Below are positions 10,719 to 23,250 of a stretch of 43,908 nt of DNA, in pieces. Every line of letters begins with the position of its first letter. Positions within the stretch are counted from its first letter, which is position 1. A program made the translations under genes and the position numbers. Source of the DNA: Chiloscyllium plagiosum (Eukaryota); NCBI RefSeq assembly GCF_004010195.1, contig NW_025214440.1:1-43908 (forward strand), in the 5' to 3' direction. The notes below the pieces were generated by a model. It had not been told where the DNA came from, ran no database searches, and saw only the letters and a list, made by a program, of their open reading frames with translations.

Positions 10719-11205
10719 GAAGAGGAAAGACATCCAGTGACATAATTAAGATCCATGTAGACTGACATCAATCACAGTCACTGAACAAACAGATCCAGTT
10801 AACTCCTTTCAGTATGCTACCTTCAGTTCACAATAACAATTGGATTGAATTGAATGTTGAATCGCTGGCTAATGGTCACATCTGCCATCAGCAATTACTG
10901 TCGTGAAGTTAGTTGCGAGGGAGAATGATGGATGCTTTCCTATCGCAGGCTCGATGCTTCTGCTGTTTTGTCCATTTGCAAGAATGTAACTGCCTGAACA
11001 CTCCACCATGACCACCCAAAATAAACACAATCTAGATATTGTTAACATGCTGATTGCACCTCGATTAGAACAGGTTCCTTGCAACAGATTCTCAGTGGGC
11101 ATATTTGCCCTGACCATGCACAGGAAGTGCGGATTTGTCTGGACATTCCTCTCATTGCTCTAATAAGATAACTTTGAATCTTCAACACACAATCTTCAAC
11201 ACAAA

Positions 11206-13310
11206 GTAGGCTTCAAGGGAAGGGCGCAATTGATATGTGGAGCATGTTCAAGGAGCAACTATTGAGTGTACTTGATGACTATGTACCTGTCAGGCAGGGC
11301 GGAAAGAGTCGTGTGAGGGAGCCGTGGTTTAATAAGGAATTGGAATCCCTTGTCAAAGGGAAAAGGGCGGCCTATGTAAAGATGAGGCATGAAGGTTCAA
11401 TTGAGGCGATTGAGAGTTATAAGGTAGCCAGGAAGGATCTGAAGAGAGAGCTAAGAGCAGCAAGGAGGGGACATGAAAAGTCCTTAGTTGATAGGATTAG
11501 GGAAAACCCTAAGGCTTTCTATAGGTATGTCAGGAATAAAAGAATGACTAGGAGAGGAATAGGTCCAGTCAAGTCTGGTAGTGGGAAGTTGCGTGTGGAG
11601 GCTGAAGAGATTAGGGAGACACTGAATGACTACTTTTAGTCAGTATTCACTCAGGAACAGGACATTGTTGCCGATGTGAGTACTGAGTCACAATTAATTA
11701 GAATAGATGGCTTTGAGGTATGTAGGGAAGAGGTGTTGGAAATTCTGGAAAGGATGAAAATAGATGAGTCCCCTGGGCCTGATGGCATTTATCCTAGGGT
11801 TCTCTGGGAAGCAAGGGAGGAGATTGCAGAGCCATTGGCCTTGATTTTTATGTCCTTGTTGTCTAAAGGAATAGTGCCAGAAGACTTGAGGATAGCAAAT
11901 GTGGTTCCCTTGTTCAAGAAGGGGAGTAGGGATAACCCTAGTAACTATAGGCGGTGAGTCTCACTTCTGTTGTGGGCAAAGTCTTAGAAAGAATTCTAAG
12001 GGATAGGATTTATGACCATCTGGATAGTAATAATGTGATCAAGGATAGTCAGCATGGTTTTGTTAAGGGCAGGTCGTGCCTCACAAACCTTATTGAATTC
12101 TTTGAGAAGGTGACTAAGGAGGTGGACGAGAGTAAAGCGGTAGATGTGGTGTATATGGATTTTAGTAAAGCGTTTGATAAGGTTCCCCATGGTAGGCTAC
12201 TGCAAAAAATACGGAGGTATGGCATTGAGGGTGAGTTGGACGTTTGGATTAGGAATTGGCTGCCTGGAAGAAGACAGAGGGTAGTAGTTGATGGTAAAGG
12301 TTCATCCTGGAGTGCAGTTACGAGCGGTGTTCCGCAAGTATCTGATTTGGGACCATTGCTGTTTGTCATTTTTATGAATGACCTGGAGGAGGAGGGGCTA
12401 GAAGGTTGGGTGAGCAAGTTTGCGGATGATACGAAAGTCGGAGGAGTTGTTGACAGTGAGGAAGGATGTGGCAAGTTACAGCGGGATATAGATAAGCTGC
12501 GGAGCTAGGCAGAAAGGTGGCAAATGGTGTTCAATGTAGGTAAGCGTGAAGTGATTCACTTTGGTAAAAGTAACAAGAAGATGGGGTACTGGGTTAATGG
12601 TCGGATACTTAGTAGTGTGGATGAGCAGAGGGATCTTGGTGTCCATGTACACAGATCTCTGAATGTTGTCACCCAGGTAAATAGTGCTGTGAAGAAGGCA
12701 TATGGCGTACTGGCTTTTATTAGTAGAGGAATTGAGTTCTGGAGTCCTGAGGTCATGTTGCAGTTGTATACGACTCCGGTGCGGCCGCATCTGGAATATT
12801 GTGTTGAGTTTTGTTCGCGATACTATAGGAAGGACATGGAGGCACTGGAACGGTTGCAGAGGAGGTTTACCAGGATGTTGCCTGGTATGGTAGGAAGGTC
12901 GTATGAGGAAAGGCTGAGGCACTTGGGGCTGTTTTCATTGGAGAAAAGAAGGTTTAGGGGTGACTTGATAGTGGTGTACAAGATGATTAGGGATTTAGAT
13001 AGGGTTGACCATGAGAAGCTTTTTCCATGTATGGAGTCAGCTATTACGAGCGGTCATAGCTTTAAATTAAGGGGTGGTCGGTATATGACAGATGTTCGGG
13101 GTAGATTCTTTACTCAGCGAGTCGTGAGTTCATGGATTGCCCTTCCAGTAGCAGTGTGGACTCTCCCTCCTTATGGGCATTTAAATGGGCATTGGATAAG
13201 CATATGGAGGATAGTGGGCTAGTGTAGGTTCGGTGGGCTTGGTTCGGCGCAACATCGAGGGCCAAAAGGCCTGTACTGCGCTGTATTTTTCTATGTACTA
13301 TGTTCTATGT
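11206..13310 (+). mobile_element. Relatively young 5'-truncated CR1 LINE (ORF2 RT + 3' tail)
   Basis: [63 protein letters not shown]; few disruptions; ends in ctatgtactatgttctatgt tail. Confidence 0.95.
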
Positions 13311-13424
13311 AATACGATAGAGCACTGTTTTCTGTAAACTCACAGCACCTTAATACACTTTATTGACTTCAAAGCAGTAAGACTTACATTTTTGGAATTC
13401 AGTCCAAAGCCAAAAATGGAATGT

Positions 13425-14029
13425 TGTCACAAAACCAGTCCTTGATTGTCCTTGATTTCTTTAAAGAGGCTCTAAACGGCCCAAGATTCTAATATGTCAG
13501 AATTTTGAAAGGTTCGTTGGTGTCCTTTTGTTTATACCTAACAGATAATGCCTCATCCAGAAGCCTTTCATGTCTTTAAAAAGAAACCTGCATAATCAAG
13601 AGGACATGGCCAGCTCCCTCGCTGGACAGGTTGAATCAGTTCTGGGGTTAGTTGAGTCAGGGTCACTGGACGCTCTCTGCCTCCTTCTGTCCTTTTGACT
13701 TTGTAACCTGTCAGCAGTTGTGTCAGTTTTACACTTGGTGTTGAGGGGTTTGTTTATTGAGATTGTTGCAAGTATTTTGGAACAGCATCCTTAAGTCAGA
13801 ATAGTCTGTTGGTTTCGGATAAGACACGTTATTCAGGTATTCTATTTTCGGTTCCTTATGTTTCATTTGGTAATTTGGTAAATAAATGTTGTGTGTTTAA
13901 AACACGGCAGTCTCACCAGCTAATTCACTCTGGGAATATCAGCTACACACTAACCTTCAACAAATAGCAAAGTTCTGGTCTGGGATACCTGCTTAAAATG
14001 TTTTGAGAGGTCGGGTTTGGCTCATAACA
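13425..14029 (+). repeat. 5' LTR of element A
   Basis: TGTCACAAA...CATAACA; homologous to 19132-20616 (e.g. ttagttgagtcagggtcactg, ggggtttgtttattgagattgttgcaagta). Confidence 0.9.
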
Positions 14030-17000
14030 GACTGGGGGCCCTTTGCAGTATTTAGAGAGCGAGTGGCAGGTGTTAGTGTCTCTTATTTCGTGTGTTGATT
14101 TGGTGAGCAAATAGAGCTTCAGATAGCAATGGTTCTTGCAGTAACCAAGCTTGTTTTGGAGGTGGAGGAAATGACCTTGGGTGTTTTACAAAATGCACAT
14201 AAGTCCAAGCCACGGGAATTAGTAGGCGAAGGGAGTTGAAGCTACCTCCTAATGTGAGGAAAGATGAGATGATTGCAGCAGTAACTCAGCATTCCAATTT
14301 GCTAGAAACTCCGTCAGGATCTGTAGAGGTGACTAATCTTCAATTGCAAATGAAGCAGCTTGAGTTAGAAGCAGAAATGAAGCAGTTTGAGCAACGACTA
14401 CCATCAGAAGAGGAAGAAAGAGAACGAATAGCTTTAGCAGAGGAAAACGAAAAAATAAGAAATAGCTTTAGCAGGAGAGAAAGAAAAGGGAGAGCATTTG
14501 TGCTTCAGAGATGGACACCTCGAGAAAGTGGCTAAACATTTTCAGTGGCCAGTGGCCAGTGACCATGTGGGTTTTGTTGACCCACACAAAACTTGTAGGT
14601 AGAGCTAGTGAGGTATTCGTAACACTATCAGAGGAGTGATCTGGAGTATATGAGGAGGAGACATGTGCAGATGAGCTTATGCCAGAAGCCTACAGACAAC
14701 ATTTCAGGAATCTAAGGAGGCATCCTGGTCAAATTCATGTTGAGTTTGAAAGGATCAAACAAAGTAATTTTGATAGATGGATAAGAGCTTTAAAAAGAGA
14801 GCAAACCTACGATGCTCTTCGAGAAACAATTAATTTGGAGGAGTTCAAAAATTCACTGCATGACAGTGCAAACCCATTTAGAAGAGCAAAGAGTTAAAAC
14901 GGCAAGGCTGGTAGCTGAAGTGGCTAATGATTATGACTAGTGATTAATGATTATAAAACTTGTTTTGGCTTCCAGAATCAATTTCAGTCCATGATGGATA
15001 GAAACTGGGGCAAAATAAAATCCTCAGAGAGAAAGGGAAAGGTAGATTTCGGTGAAGATCATAATGATAACTTTCCACAGGGCAAAAAGGAAATACTTGA
15101 AGGGGACAAAGAAGTTAAAAAGCTCTGGTGTTTCCATTGCAACAAATTAGGACACATGAAATCATTGTGTTGGTGGTTTCAGAAAAAGGAACAGACGCAG
15201 GAAAACGGGATAAGCCTGGGAGTTTCGTTGGAGTGGTAACAGAAAGCACAGTTGTGCTAGAAAGCTGCATCAGAGTGTACAAACTGATCGGAGGTTTGTA
15301 AAGGAGGAAGTGCCATATCTGCTTCGAAAATATACCTGCAAAGGGAAAGTTTATTCACATAGGCCAGGTAAAGAGGATACAATTTTAAGAGACTCGGCAT
15401 CCTCTCAAACTGTGATGCTGAAAAATGAGGAGTTATGTACTCCTGAAGAACTATTTCCAGAAAAGATACTGCTAAAGGCAATTCATCTTGAGACAAAAAG
15501 TGCAAAAGTTTGTAAAGCGAGGATAGCGTGTCCAGAAAAGTGTGGAGGAATTGTGGTAGGGGTATTGGACAAACTCTCAGCTCCAGGAATACAATTTGTC
15601 CTGACGAAAAAGATAGCTGATTTATAGATAGGAGTACTGTCAACTCTGGTTGAAAAGCCAGTGGAGACGCAGGCAACTGAAGCAATGCAGGAGTCTTATC
15701 CCAGAAACTTTCCTGATTGTGGGGTAACAAGGTCCCAGTGTCTCCAGTTGAAACAGGCAATATCAAAAATGTAAAGATAAGGAAGCTTAAGTGGCATTAA
15801 CAGAGACTTCGTTCCATCAGGTAGTTGAGACAAAACAGGAACAAGTAGGTGATCATGCAAATATTTTTAGTTCAGCTAAACCAATTGAGTTACAACAGAA
15901 AGATAAAAGCTTAAACTAGTTGTATCAAAAAGCATATATGTTAGGAATATTGAATGTATCCCTGAGTGTCATCACCTTAAAAATGATGTCCAGCTAAGGA
16001 AAGGGAGACTATCACATATTCAAGGAGATGTGAAATGTGAAGAGATTCATCAAATCGTTTTGCAAATGGGGTATAGAAAGGAGGTGATGCGAACCTTAAC
16101 TGAGCTACCAACTAGAAGTCATTTAGGAGTGAGGAAAACACAGGCTGAAATACAGAGACATTTTACTGGCCTGGACTGCAACAGGATGTAGTTGAATTTT
16201 ACCAGACATGTCATACATGTCAGGAAAATGGAAAAACACAAGCGATAATAAAATCTGCACATTTTTAAAACTATTCTGGCATTTGAGGAACCTTTTACAA
16301 GAGTCTTAATTGATTGGCTACGTTGCCGATCTCAAACAAAAAGTGGGCACCATTATTTGTTAACAATAATGGAGGCATCGACTAGGTTTCCAGAGGCCAC
16401 CCCAAGATGCCATAACACAGCTAAAAGAATTGCAAAGGAATTACTCTTTTAAAAAAAAATAGATACGGACCACCAATAGAGATACTGTGAGATCAAACTT
16501 CACATATAAATTATTGAATACAATGTCTTCAGAATAAAGCAATTCTAATCTAATGTGTATCATCCAAAATTGCCGGGAGCTAGAAAGGTGATATTAAACA
16601 TTATAGACCATGATGAGGGCTTATGATCAGGATTATCCAGATGATTACGGTAAGGAAGTCCCATTTTCGATTTTTGTGATCAGAGATACACCAAATTAAC
16701 AGAGCAAATTCGATCCATTTGACTTGGTGTTTGGGCCATTAAAATGGATTAAGGAGAAAGTAGTAAATCAGAATTCAAAGGTCATACTTTTGGACTATGT
16801 CTCAAATATTAGGGAACAATCAATAGCGTTAGGGAATTGGCTAGACAGCATTTAAAAATATTGCAGCATGCAATAAAACAGGAAACGGACAGGAAATTAA
16901 AAATTGGCAATTTTGCTATCGGGGATAAGGTATTACTGTTAGTTACAGTGATAGGTGAACCTTGAAAAGCAAGGCTTAGTGGACCATATAAAATAAAAAG

Positions 17001-18078
17001 GATATTGAGTAGGGGTAACTACTTGATAAGTACTCCAGACAGAAAGACATCTCACAATGTATGTAAAGTGAATATGCTCAAAATGTATTTTCACAGGGAA
17101 GGAAAGCAAGAGGAGAAGGTGTTAATGATTATGGCATTCCTTAAATAAAGTGGACAATGAGATAGTTGTCCAAAATTGGGATAAATGATTGAATCTTCTG
17201 AGAAAAATGGAAATGACCAGAAAGAGTTATTATTATTACATGGGGAGATAAGCAGGAATTAACTTGGAAGTACAAACCTAATTGTGCATAATGTAGCTTT
17301 AGGAGATGTTGTTATGATTAAGCAACATCCTTACAGGGATAATCTTCTGAAGCTGGCACAGGTTCAGAAGGGGATTGAATGCATGCTGTAAGATGACATA
17401 ATCAATGTGTGTTACAGTGACTGGAACTCACCCATAGTTATGGTGCCAAAGCCAAATTGTACCCAATAGTAATATGTGGACTATCGTAATGCCAGTGCCT
17501 TTAAAAACATTGGTGTATACCGAGTTCCATGGTTGGAAGACTGTGTTGAAAATGTGGGACAAGCAGCTTACATTTGGTATGAAAAACGTGCCGGCCACAT
17601 TTCAGCAGCTAACCAATAGGTTACCGGATTATCTAATGTTTGGTGTACATTGATGACCTGATGATTTTTAGTCAGTCATGGAAGGAATATATACAGCAAT
17701 TATTGGATTTGTTCGATTGACTTTGGAAGGAAGGCTGGGTGGTAAACCTAGCAAAAGTGAATTTGCTTTAAAACAAAGATGACCTTCCTGGGCCATGCTT
17801 TTGGACACAAATAAACGGTGTCATGGGATGTAAAAGTGAAGGTAATTGGGGAATTTCCCATACTGTTGACAAAAGGAACAGTACTATGGTTTCTGGAAAT
17901 GTGTAGATTTTATCGAAGGTTTGTGCCACATTTTCGCAATGGGATTGCTCCACTCACAGAATTGTTAAAGAAAGGCAAGAAGTTTCAGTGGGCAGAGGAC
18001 TGTCGAAAGGCATTTGACGGCATGAAATATGCATTAATCACTGCCCCACTATCAGCCACACGTGATTATGCAAAACCA

Positions 18079-18439
18079 TTCAAGGTGGCTTTAAATGCAA
18101 GTGCTATGGGTGTTGGTGCTGCACTCCTGCAGGAAAGCGACGAGAAGACAGAAAGACCAATTGTTTTTTTTTCTCCAAAAGTTGAATGTTCAATGTTAGA
18201 AATATTCAATAGATGAGAAAGTGACTGTGAGCTTTGTGTTGGCACTACAACATTTCAGTTTCAAGGTGGCTTTAAATGCAAGTGCTATGGGTGTCGGTGC
18301 TGCACTCCTGCAGGAAAGCGACGAGAAGACAGAAAGACCAATTGGTTTTTTTCTCCAAAAGTTGAATGTTCAATGTTAGAAATATTCAATAGATGAGAAA
18401 GTGACTGTGAGCTTTGTGTTGGCACTACAATATTTCAGT
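18079..18439 (+). repeat. Near-identical ~181-bp tandem duplication in RNase H of element A
   Basis: 18079-18259 vs 18260-18439, only a few differences. Confidence 0.9.
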
Positions 18440-18450
18440 GTTTATATCAC

Positions 18451-18752
18451 GGGCGGCACGGTGGCACAGTGGTTAGCACTGCTGCCTCGCAGCGCCAGAG
18501 ACCCGGGTTCAATTCCCGACTCAGGCGACTGACTGTGTGGATTTTGCACGTTCTCCCCGTGTCTGCGTGGGTTTCCTCCGGGTGCTCCGGTTTCCTCCCA
18601 CAGTCCAAAGATGTGCAGGTCAGGTGAATTGGCCATGCTAAATTGCCCGTAGTGTTAGGTATAGGGGTATGGGTGGGTTGCGCTTCGGCGGGTCGGTGTG
18701 GACTTGTTGGGCCGAAGGGCCTGTTTCCATACTGTAATGTAATCTAATCTAA
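18451..18752 (+). mobile_element. HE1-type tRNA-derived V-SINE
   Basis: A box TGGCACAGTGG, B box GGTTCAATTCCC, V-core gttctccccgtgtctgcgtgggtttcctccgggtgctccggtttcctccca, (taatc)n tail. Confidence 0.95.
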
Positions 18753-19131
18753 TTACCAGCAACACATCTGAGACAACCATGTACACTGTTCATAACCCAT
18801 TGGTGTTTTTGGAGAAATGTAAGGACAAAAATGCGAGACTGTTTAGCTGAAGGCTGTTGTTACAGCCATTCAATTTGAAAAGTGTGCATGTGGCAGGTTT
18901 TGAAAACACGATTATTGATGCATTTTCAAGACGTGAATGACTGATTGAGGCACTCTGTGATGGGAATACCACACACTGAATCCGGATGTAGCTGTGCATG
19001 TTTGCATGTTTATAGTAAATGAATGTACATCTGGATTTTAGTGTACTAACCACATTTTTTTTGGGAGGGTGGCGCGTTGAAACCTGAAGGCATCTTTGGA
19101 TATCGATGATCCAGTTTTATATCAGGGGAGT

Positions 19132-20616
19132 TGTCACAAAGGTGTCCTCTTTGCAAGTTTATGTTGTTCTTGAATTGTTTTCAGAGATTGTCTAACCAAC
19201 CCAACGTTCCAACATGTCTCAATTTTGAATGCTTCATTGGGGTGCTTTGGTTTTACCTAACAAATAATACCTCTGGCAGAAGGCTTTCAAGTCTCCAACA
19301 AAAAAACTGGTATAATTAAGGGGACGTGGGCATCTCTCCCGCTGCACAGGTCATTTCAGTTCGAGGATTAGTTGAGTCAGGGTCACTGTTGAAACTGGAT
19401 GCTCTCCCCCTCCTTCAGCCCTCTGACTACGTAACATGTAAAATTTTTGAATGCAAGATTTACTCTTTGTGCTCAGGGGTTTGTTTATTGAGATTGTTGC
19501 AAGTAATTTGGAACAGCGTCATTAAGTTGTGCTCGCCTGTCAAGTTCGGATAGGATGAATTATTCAGGCATGATTCGGAGATGCCGGTGTTGGACTGGGG
19601 TGTACAAAGTTAAAAATCACACAACACCAGGTTATAGTCCAACAAGTTTAATTGGAAGCACACTAGCTTTNNNNNNNNNNNNNNNNNNNNNNNNNNNNNN
19701 NNNNNNNNNNNNNNNNNNNNNNNNNNNNNNNNNNNNNNNNNNNNNNNNNNNNNNNNNNNNNNNNNNNNNNNNNNNNNNNNNNNNNNNNNNNNNNNNNNNN
19801 NNNNNNNNNNNNNNNNNNNNNNNNNNNNNNNNNNNNNNNNNNNNNNNNNNNNNNNNNNNNNNNNNNNNNNNNNNNNNNNNNNNNNNNNNNNNNNNNNNNN
19901 NNNNNNNNNNNNNNNNNNNNNNNNNNNNNNNNNNNNNNNNNNNNNNNNNNNNNNNNNNNNNNNNNNNNNNNNNNNNNNNNNNNNNNNNNNNNNNNNNNNN
20001 NNNNNNNNNNNNNNNNNNNNNNNNNNNNNNNNNNNNNNNNNNNNNNNNNNNNNNNNNNNNNNNNNNNNNNNNNNNNNNNNNNNNNNNNNNNNNNNNNNNN
20101 NNNNNNNNNNNNNNNNNNNNNNNNNNNNNNNNNNNNNNNNNNNNNNNNNNNNNNNNNNNNNNNNNNNNNNNNNNNNNNNNNNNNNNNNNNNNNNNNNNNN
20201 NNNNNNNNNNNNNNNNNNNNNNNNNNNNNNNNNNNNNNNNNNNNNNNNNNNNNNNNNNNNNNNNNNNNNNNNNNNNNNNNNNNNNNNNNNNNNNNNNNNN
20301 NNNNNNNNNNNNNNNNNNNNNNNNNNNNNNNNNNNNNNNNNNNTCGCTCCGGAAGCTAATGTGCTTCCAATTAAACCTGTTGGACTATAACCTGGTGTTG
20401 TGTGATTTTTAACTTTATTCAGGTATTGTATTTTCAGTTCGTTGTGTTTCATTCTTTACTTTAGTAAATAAATTCTATTTGTTTAAAAGTCGGCAGTTGG
20501 CCCAGCTAATTCATTCTGGGATTATCCACTGTAAACTTAACTTCAACAGATAGCAACATTACGGTCTGGGCTACCTGCTTAAGAATGTTTTGAGGGGTCG
20601 GGCCTGGACCATAACA
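19132..20616 (+). repeat. 3' LTR of element A, interrupted by an insertion
   Basis: TGTCACAAA...CATAACA; colinear with the 5' LTR once 19569-20423 is removed. Confidence 0.9.
19569..20414. mobile_element. Penelope-family insertion with inverted terminal arms, interior in an assembly gap
   Basis: 19607-19669 is the near-exact reverse complement of 20352-20416; flanked by direct repeat TTATTCAGG (19560-19568, 20415-20423), which is single-copy in the 5' LTR. Confidence 0.75.
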
Positions 20617-21394
20617 ATATACAATAACCTTGTTCAATTAAAGTCATGAACTAATGAGTAGGGGGTGGAATGAATATGACATTGGCTATGAGACAGAAAG
20701 GACTGGGGCCAGTGGCTAAGGAGCCCTGAGGGGAGTACAGAGATATCTCCCAGTCACGAGTATTCAGCCATCCCTTTTTCTGATAAATGGAATGAAATGC
20801 AATGCAGAACAAGATAACCGATGGCCTTTGGTACATGAAATGCTGAATGACAATGTTTACAGAACAGGACAATTTTAAATGTGATATACAGAATTATATT
20901 TTATACATAGACTGTTTAATTACAGGTTAAACAGGTAGTTAAGATAGTTTATATCTGGACCTGATATTTAGAAATAAGAACAGATACAGATAACAAAATG
21001 TGTGGCGTTGCAGTGAGTTACAGCAGAGTCAGAGTGAGGATACAGCTCGTACCGAGCTGCTATAGAGATGGTGGACTGCATGACAACCATTTTTGCTGAA
21101 ATTATTCAGACAAACGTATTTAAAATGTTCAGATACTGAGGAGATAATTTTAGTTAAAAAAAGGAAACAGACAATGTCATAATTAATAAACTATTCCATT
21201 TTTTATCAAGTGTAGCTGTCTCTCAAAGGCCTTTTAAAACAAAATTACTTTGATGAGATCCATGTATTTATTTTCAGAAATTAAAGAAGAAACCGGATCC
21301 AGTGTAATACATGTGTCACTGGCACAATTAATGGGAACAGGAATGGAGCATATTGTTAAAGTATAACCCGGTTCAACATCTCGACCAATCAAAA

Positions 21395-21612
21395 AAATAA
21401 GCAAAATATTAGAGATCGTGGAAATCTGAAATACAAATGCAAAATGTGGAGAAATGCAACAAATGACGCAGGATCTGGGCAGAGAAACAAAGTTAGCATA
21501 TCGAGTCTGATATGAACCTATTCTGAACAAGTCATGTTGGATTCAAACAAAGTTACTTCAATTTTCCTCTGCTCTGATACTGCCAGAACTTTGGGGTTTC
21601 TCTCCTGCACTT
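21395..21612. mobile_element. Old palindromic Penelope-terminal element
   Basis: Left arm ...ggagaaatgcaacaaatg...gcagagaaacaaagttagcatatcgagtctgatatga is roughly inverted to right arm tcatgttggattcaaacaaagttact...gatactgccagaactttggggtttctctcc, centred near 21520. Confidence 0.55.
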
Positions 21613-21613
21613 T

Positions 21614-21915
21614 GAATTGGTGCAATGTCAGGAAACAGAGATTAACGGTGGGCGGTAGCTTTTTGGACTGGATGCTTGTGCTCAGCAGTGTTTCACAGTG
21701 CTTGGTTCTAGGATTTCATTGTTTGTCATTTATGTAAATGATTTCTGCGAGAATATCAAATGCATAGTTAGTAAGTTTGCAGATGACACCAAAACTGGTG
21801 GCACTGTGGACAGTAAAGAAGGTTTTCTAAGATTACAAAAACATATTGATAAAATGGGTCAATAGGCTGACAAATAGCAGATAGAGTTCAAACAGGAGGA
21901 ATATGAGGTGCAGGC
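21614..21915 (+). mobile_element. CR1 RT fragment
   Basis: [27 protein letters not shown]. Confidence 0.8.
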
Positions 21916-23180
21916 AATATTGTGTGTTTGTTGCTGTCTAGTGAACAAGGAATGTTAGATTATACCCATCTCCTGGGTTCAAAACATCAACATCTTTCAT
22001 GATATTTGAGAGGTCTTACCTCTCCGTGGTTACCCTCTTGCTGTTAATGTGGTTGCACAATATCTTTGGATTATCCCTAACCTTTTCTGCCCATGCTATC
22101 TCATATCTCCCTTTTGCTTTCCTGATTTCTCTCTAAATAATGCCCCACACTCTTTATATTGATTAAGAGATTCCATTGAATGAAGTTTTCTACATCTAAA
22201 GTAAGATTTTCTTTGATTCTTGAATAAAACCTCAATGATTGTAGTTGTCCATTGTTTCTTAACCTTCCCAGCCTTACCCTTCACTCTAACAGGAATATAA
22301 TGCCGCTCAACTCTCATTGTTCGACTGTTGAATGCCTCCCACTTGACAGACATCGTCTTACCTGCCAATAGTCTACTCCCATGTAACTTGGAAAATCCAT
22401 GTTGCATGCCATTAAAATTTATGATACACCAATTTTAAAAAAAAGAAAGACTTATTCTTTTCCATAAACATTATGGAAATGATAGAGTTATGATTGCAAT
22501 ACCAAAATATTCCCTCACGTTTACTTCAGTCATTTGTCCGGCCTATTGCAATGATCTGGTTTTGCTCCTTCTCTATTAGGATCATCGACATATTGATGAA
22601 GAAAGTTTTCGTGAACACATTTGATAAATTCTTCACCATCCAACCCTTTAACACTGTGGTAGTCTCAATCAGTTTTTCAAAAATTAAAATCCCCGTTATT
22701 ACAACCTTATTGAGTTTGCATATATTCGAGATCTCCCTACATGTTTGTTTTTCAATTTTTTTCTTACTGTTGGAGAGCATATGGTACAATACCATCAACG
22801 TCACTTTATTTTCTTATTTTTAATTTCTACAAATATGTTTTCACTGGACGATTTGTCACAAACGAGCATTTAGTGCAATCTATTCATAGTGATCTTTACT
22901 TTATTATTTTTAATACTACCCACAAATTTTAACTGGATGATTTTTCAGAAATATCTTCCCCAATTACAGCAATAATTTATTCTTTATTCAAAACGGCAGC
23001 CCTCCCTCTCCCCACACACTACATGTCTTTTTCCATCCTTTCTATGACACTTAACATCTGGAATGTTGAATTGCCAGTCTTGAACATATCTCATGCGAAA
23101 ATGAGGACTGCAGATGCTGGAGATCAAGAGTGTGGTGCTGGAAAAGCACAGCAGGTCATGCAGCATCCGAGGAACAGGAA

Positions 23181-23212
23181 ATTCGATGTTTCAGGCAAAA
23201 GTCCTTCATCAG
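23181..23212 (-). ncRNA. Minimal hammerhead ribozyme motif
   Basis: CUGAUGA-AGGACUUUUGCCU-GAAAC-AUC: core intact, AUC triplet; stem I pairing is poor. Confidence 0.55.
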
Positions 23213-23219
23213 CCCATTT

Positions 23220-23250
23220 CTAATGAGGGGCTTTTGCCCGAAACTTCGGT
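23220..23250 (+). ncRNA. Mutated minimal hammerhead motif
   Basis: CUAAUGA-GGGGCUUUUGCCC-GAAAC-UUC: intact stem II but core G>A change; probably inactive. Confidence 0.5.

Larger units (their letters stand above)
14129..18940 (+). pseudogene. gag-pol of element A: SCAN-like capsid, CCHC knuckle, protease, integrase, RT, RNase H
   Basis: PEAYRQHFRNL...LEEFKNSL; CFHCNKLGHMKSLC; ILRDSAS; integrase HLGVRKT...CHTCQ (~16120-16222) and TRFPEA (~16381); RT YIDD (17646-17657), FYRRFVPHF; RH FKVALNASAMGVGAALLQ. Confidence 0.9.
13425..20616 (+). mobile_element. Full-length decayed Gmr1-like Gypsy LTR retrotransposon (element A)
   Basis: Paired TGT...ACA LTRs, PBS remnant TGGGGGC (14033-14039), purine tract before the 3' LTR, gag-PR-IN-RT-RH remnants, candidate 4-bp TSD ATGT/ATAT. 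Confidence 0.9.

Noticed and set aside
10259..10771. 170-aa ORF as a standalone single-exon gene
   Set aside because: It reads through a perfect splice donor, and its upstream part spans the TATA-like box; better explained as GPCR exon 1.
14679..14897. Domesticated host SCAN-domain gene
   Set aside because: It lies within an LTR-bounded, frameshifted gag; no splice structure or zinc-finger array.
18451..18525. tRNA gene
   Set aside because: The A/B boxes are the head of an HE1 SINE with V-core and tail; same for 27627 and 38168.
19555..20452. Long ORFs of 280-285 aa on both strands
   Set aside because: Artefacts of translating through N-gaps; same at 2372-2710 and 34480-35172.
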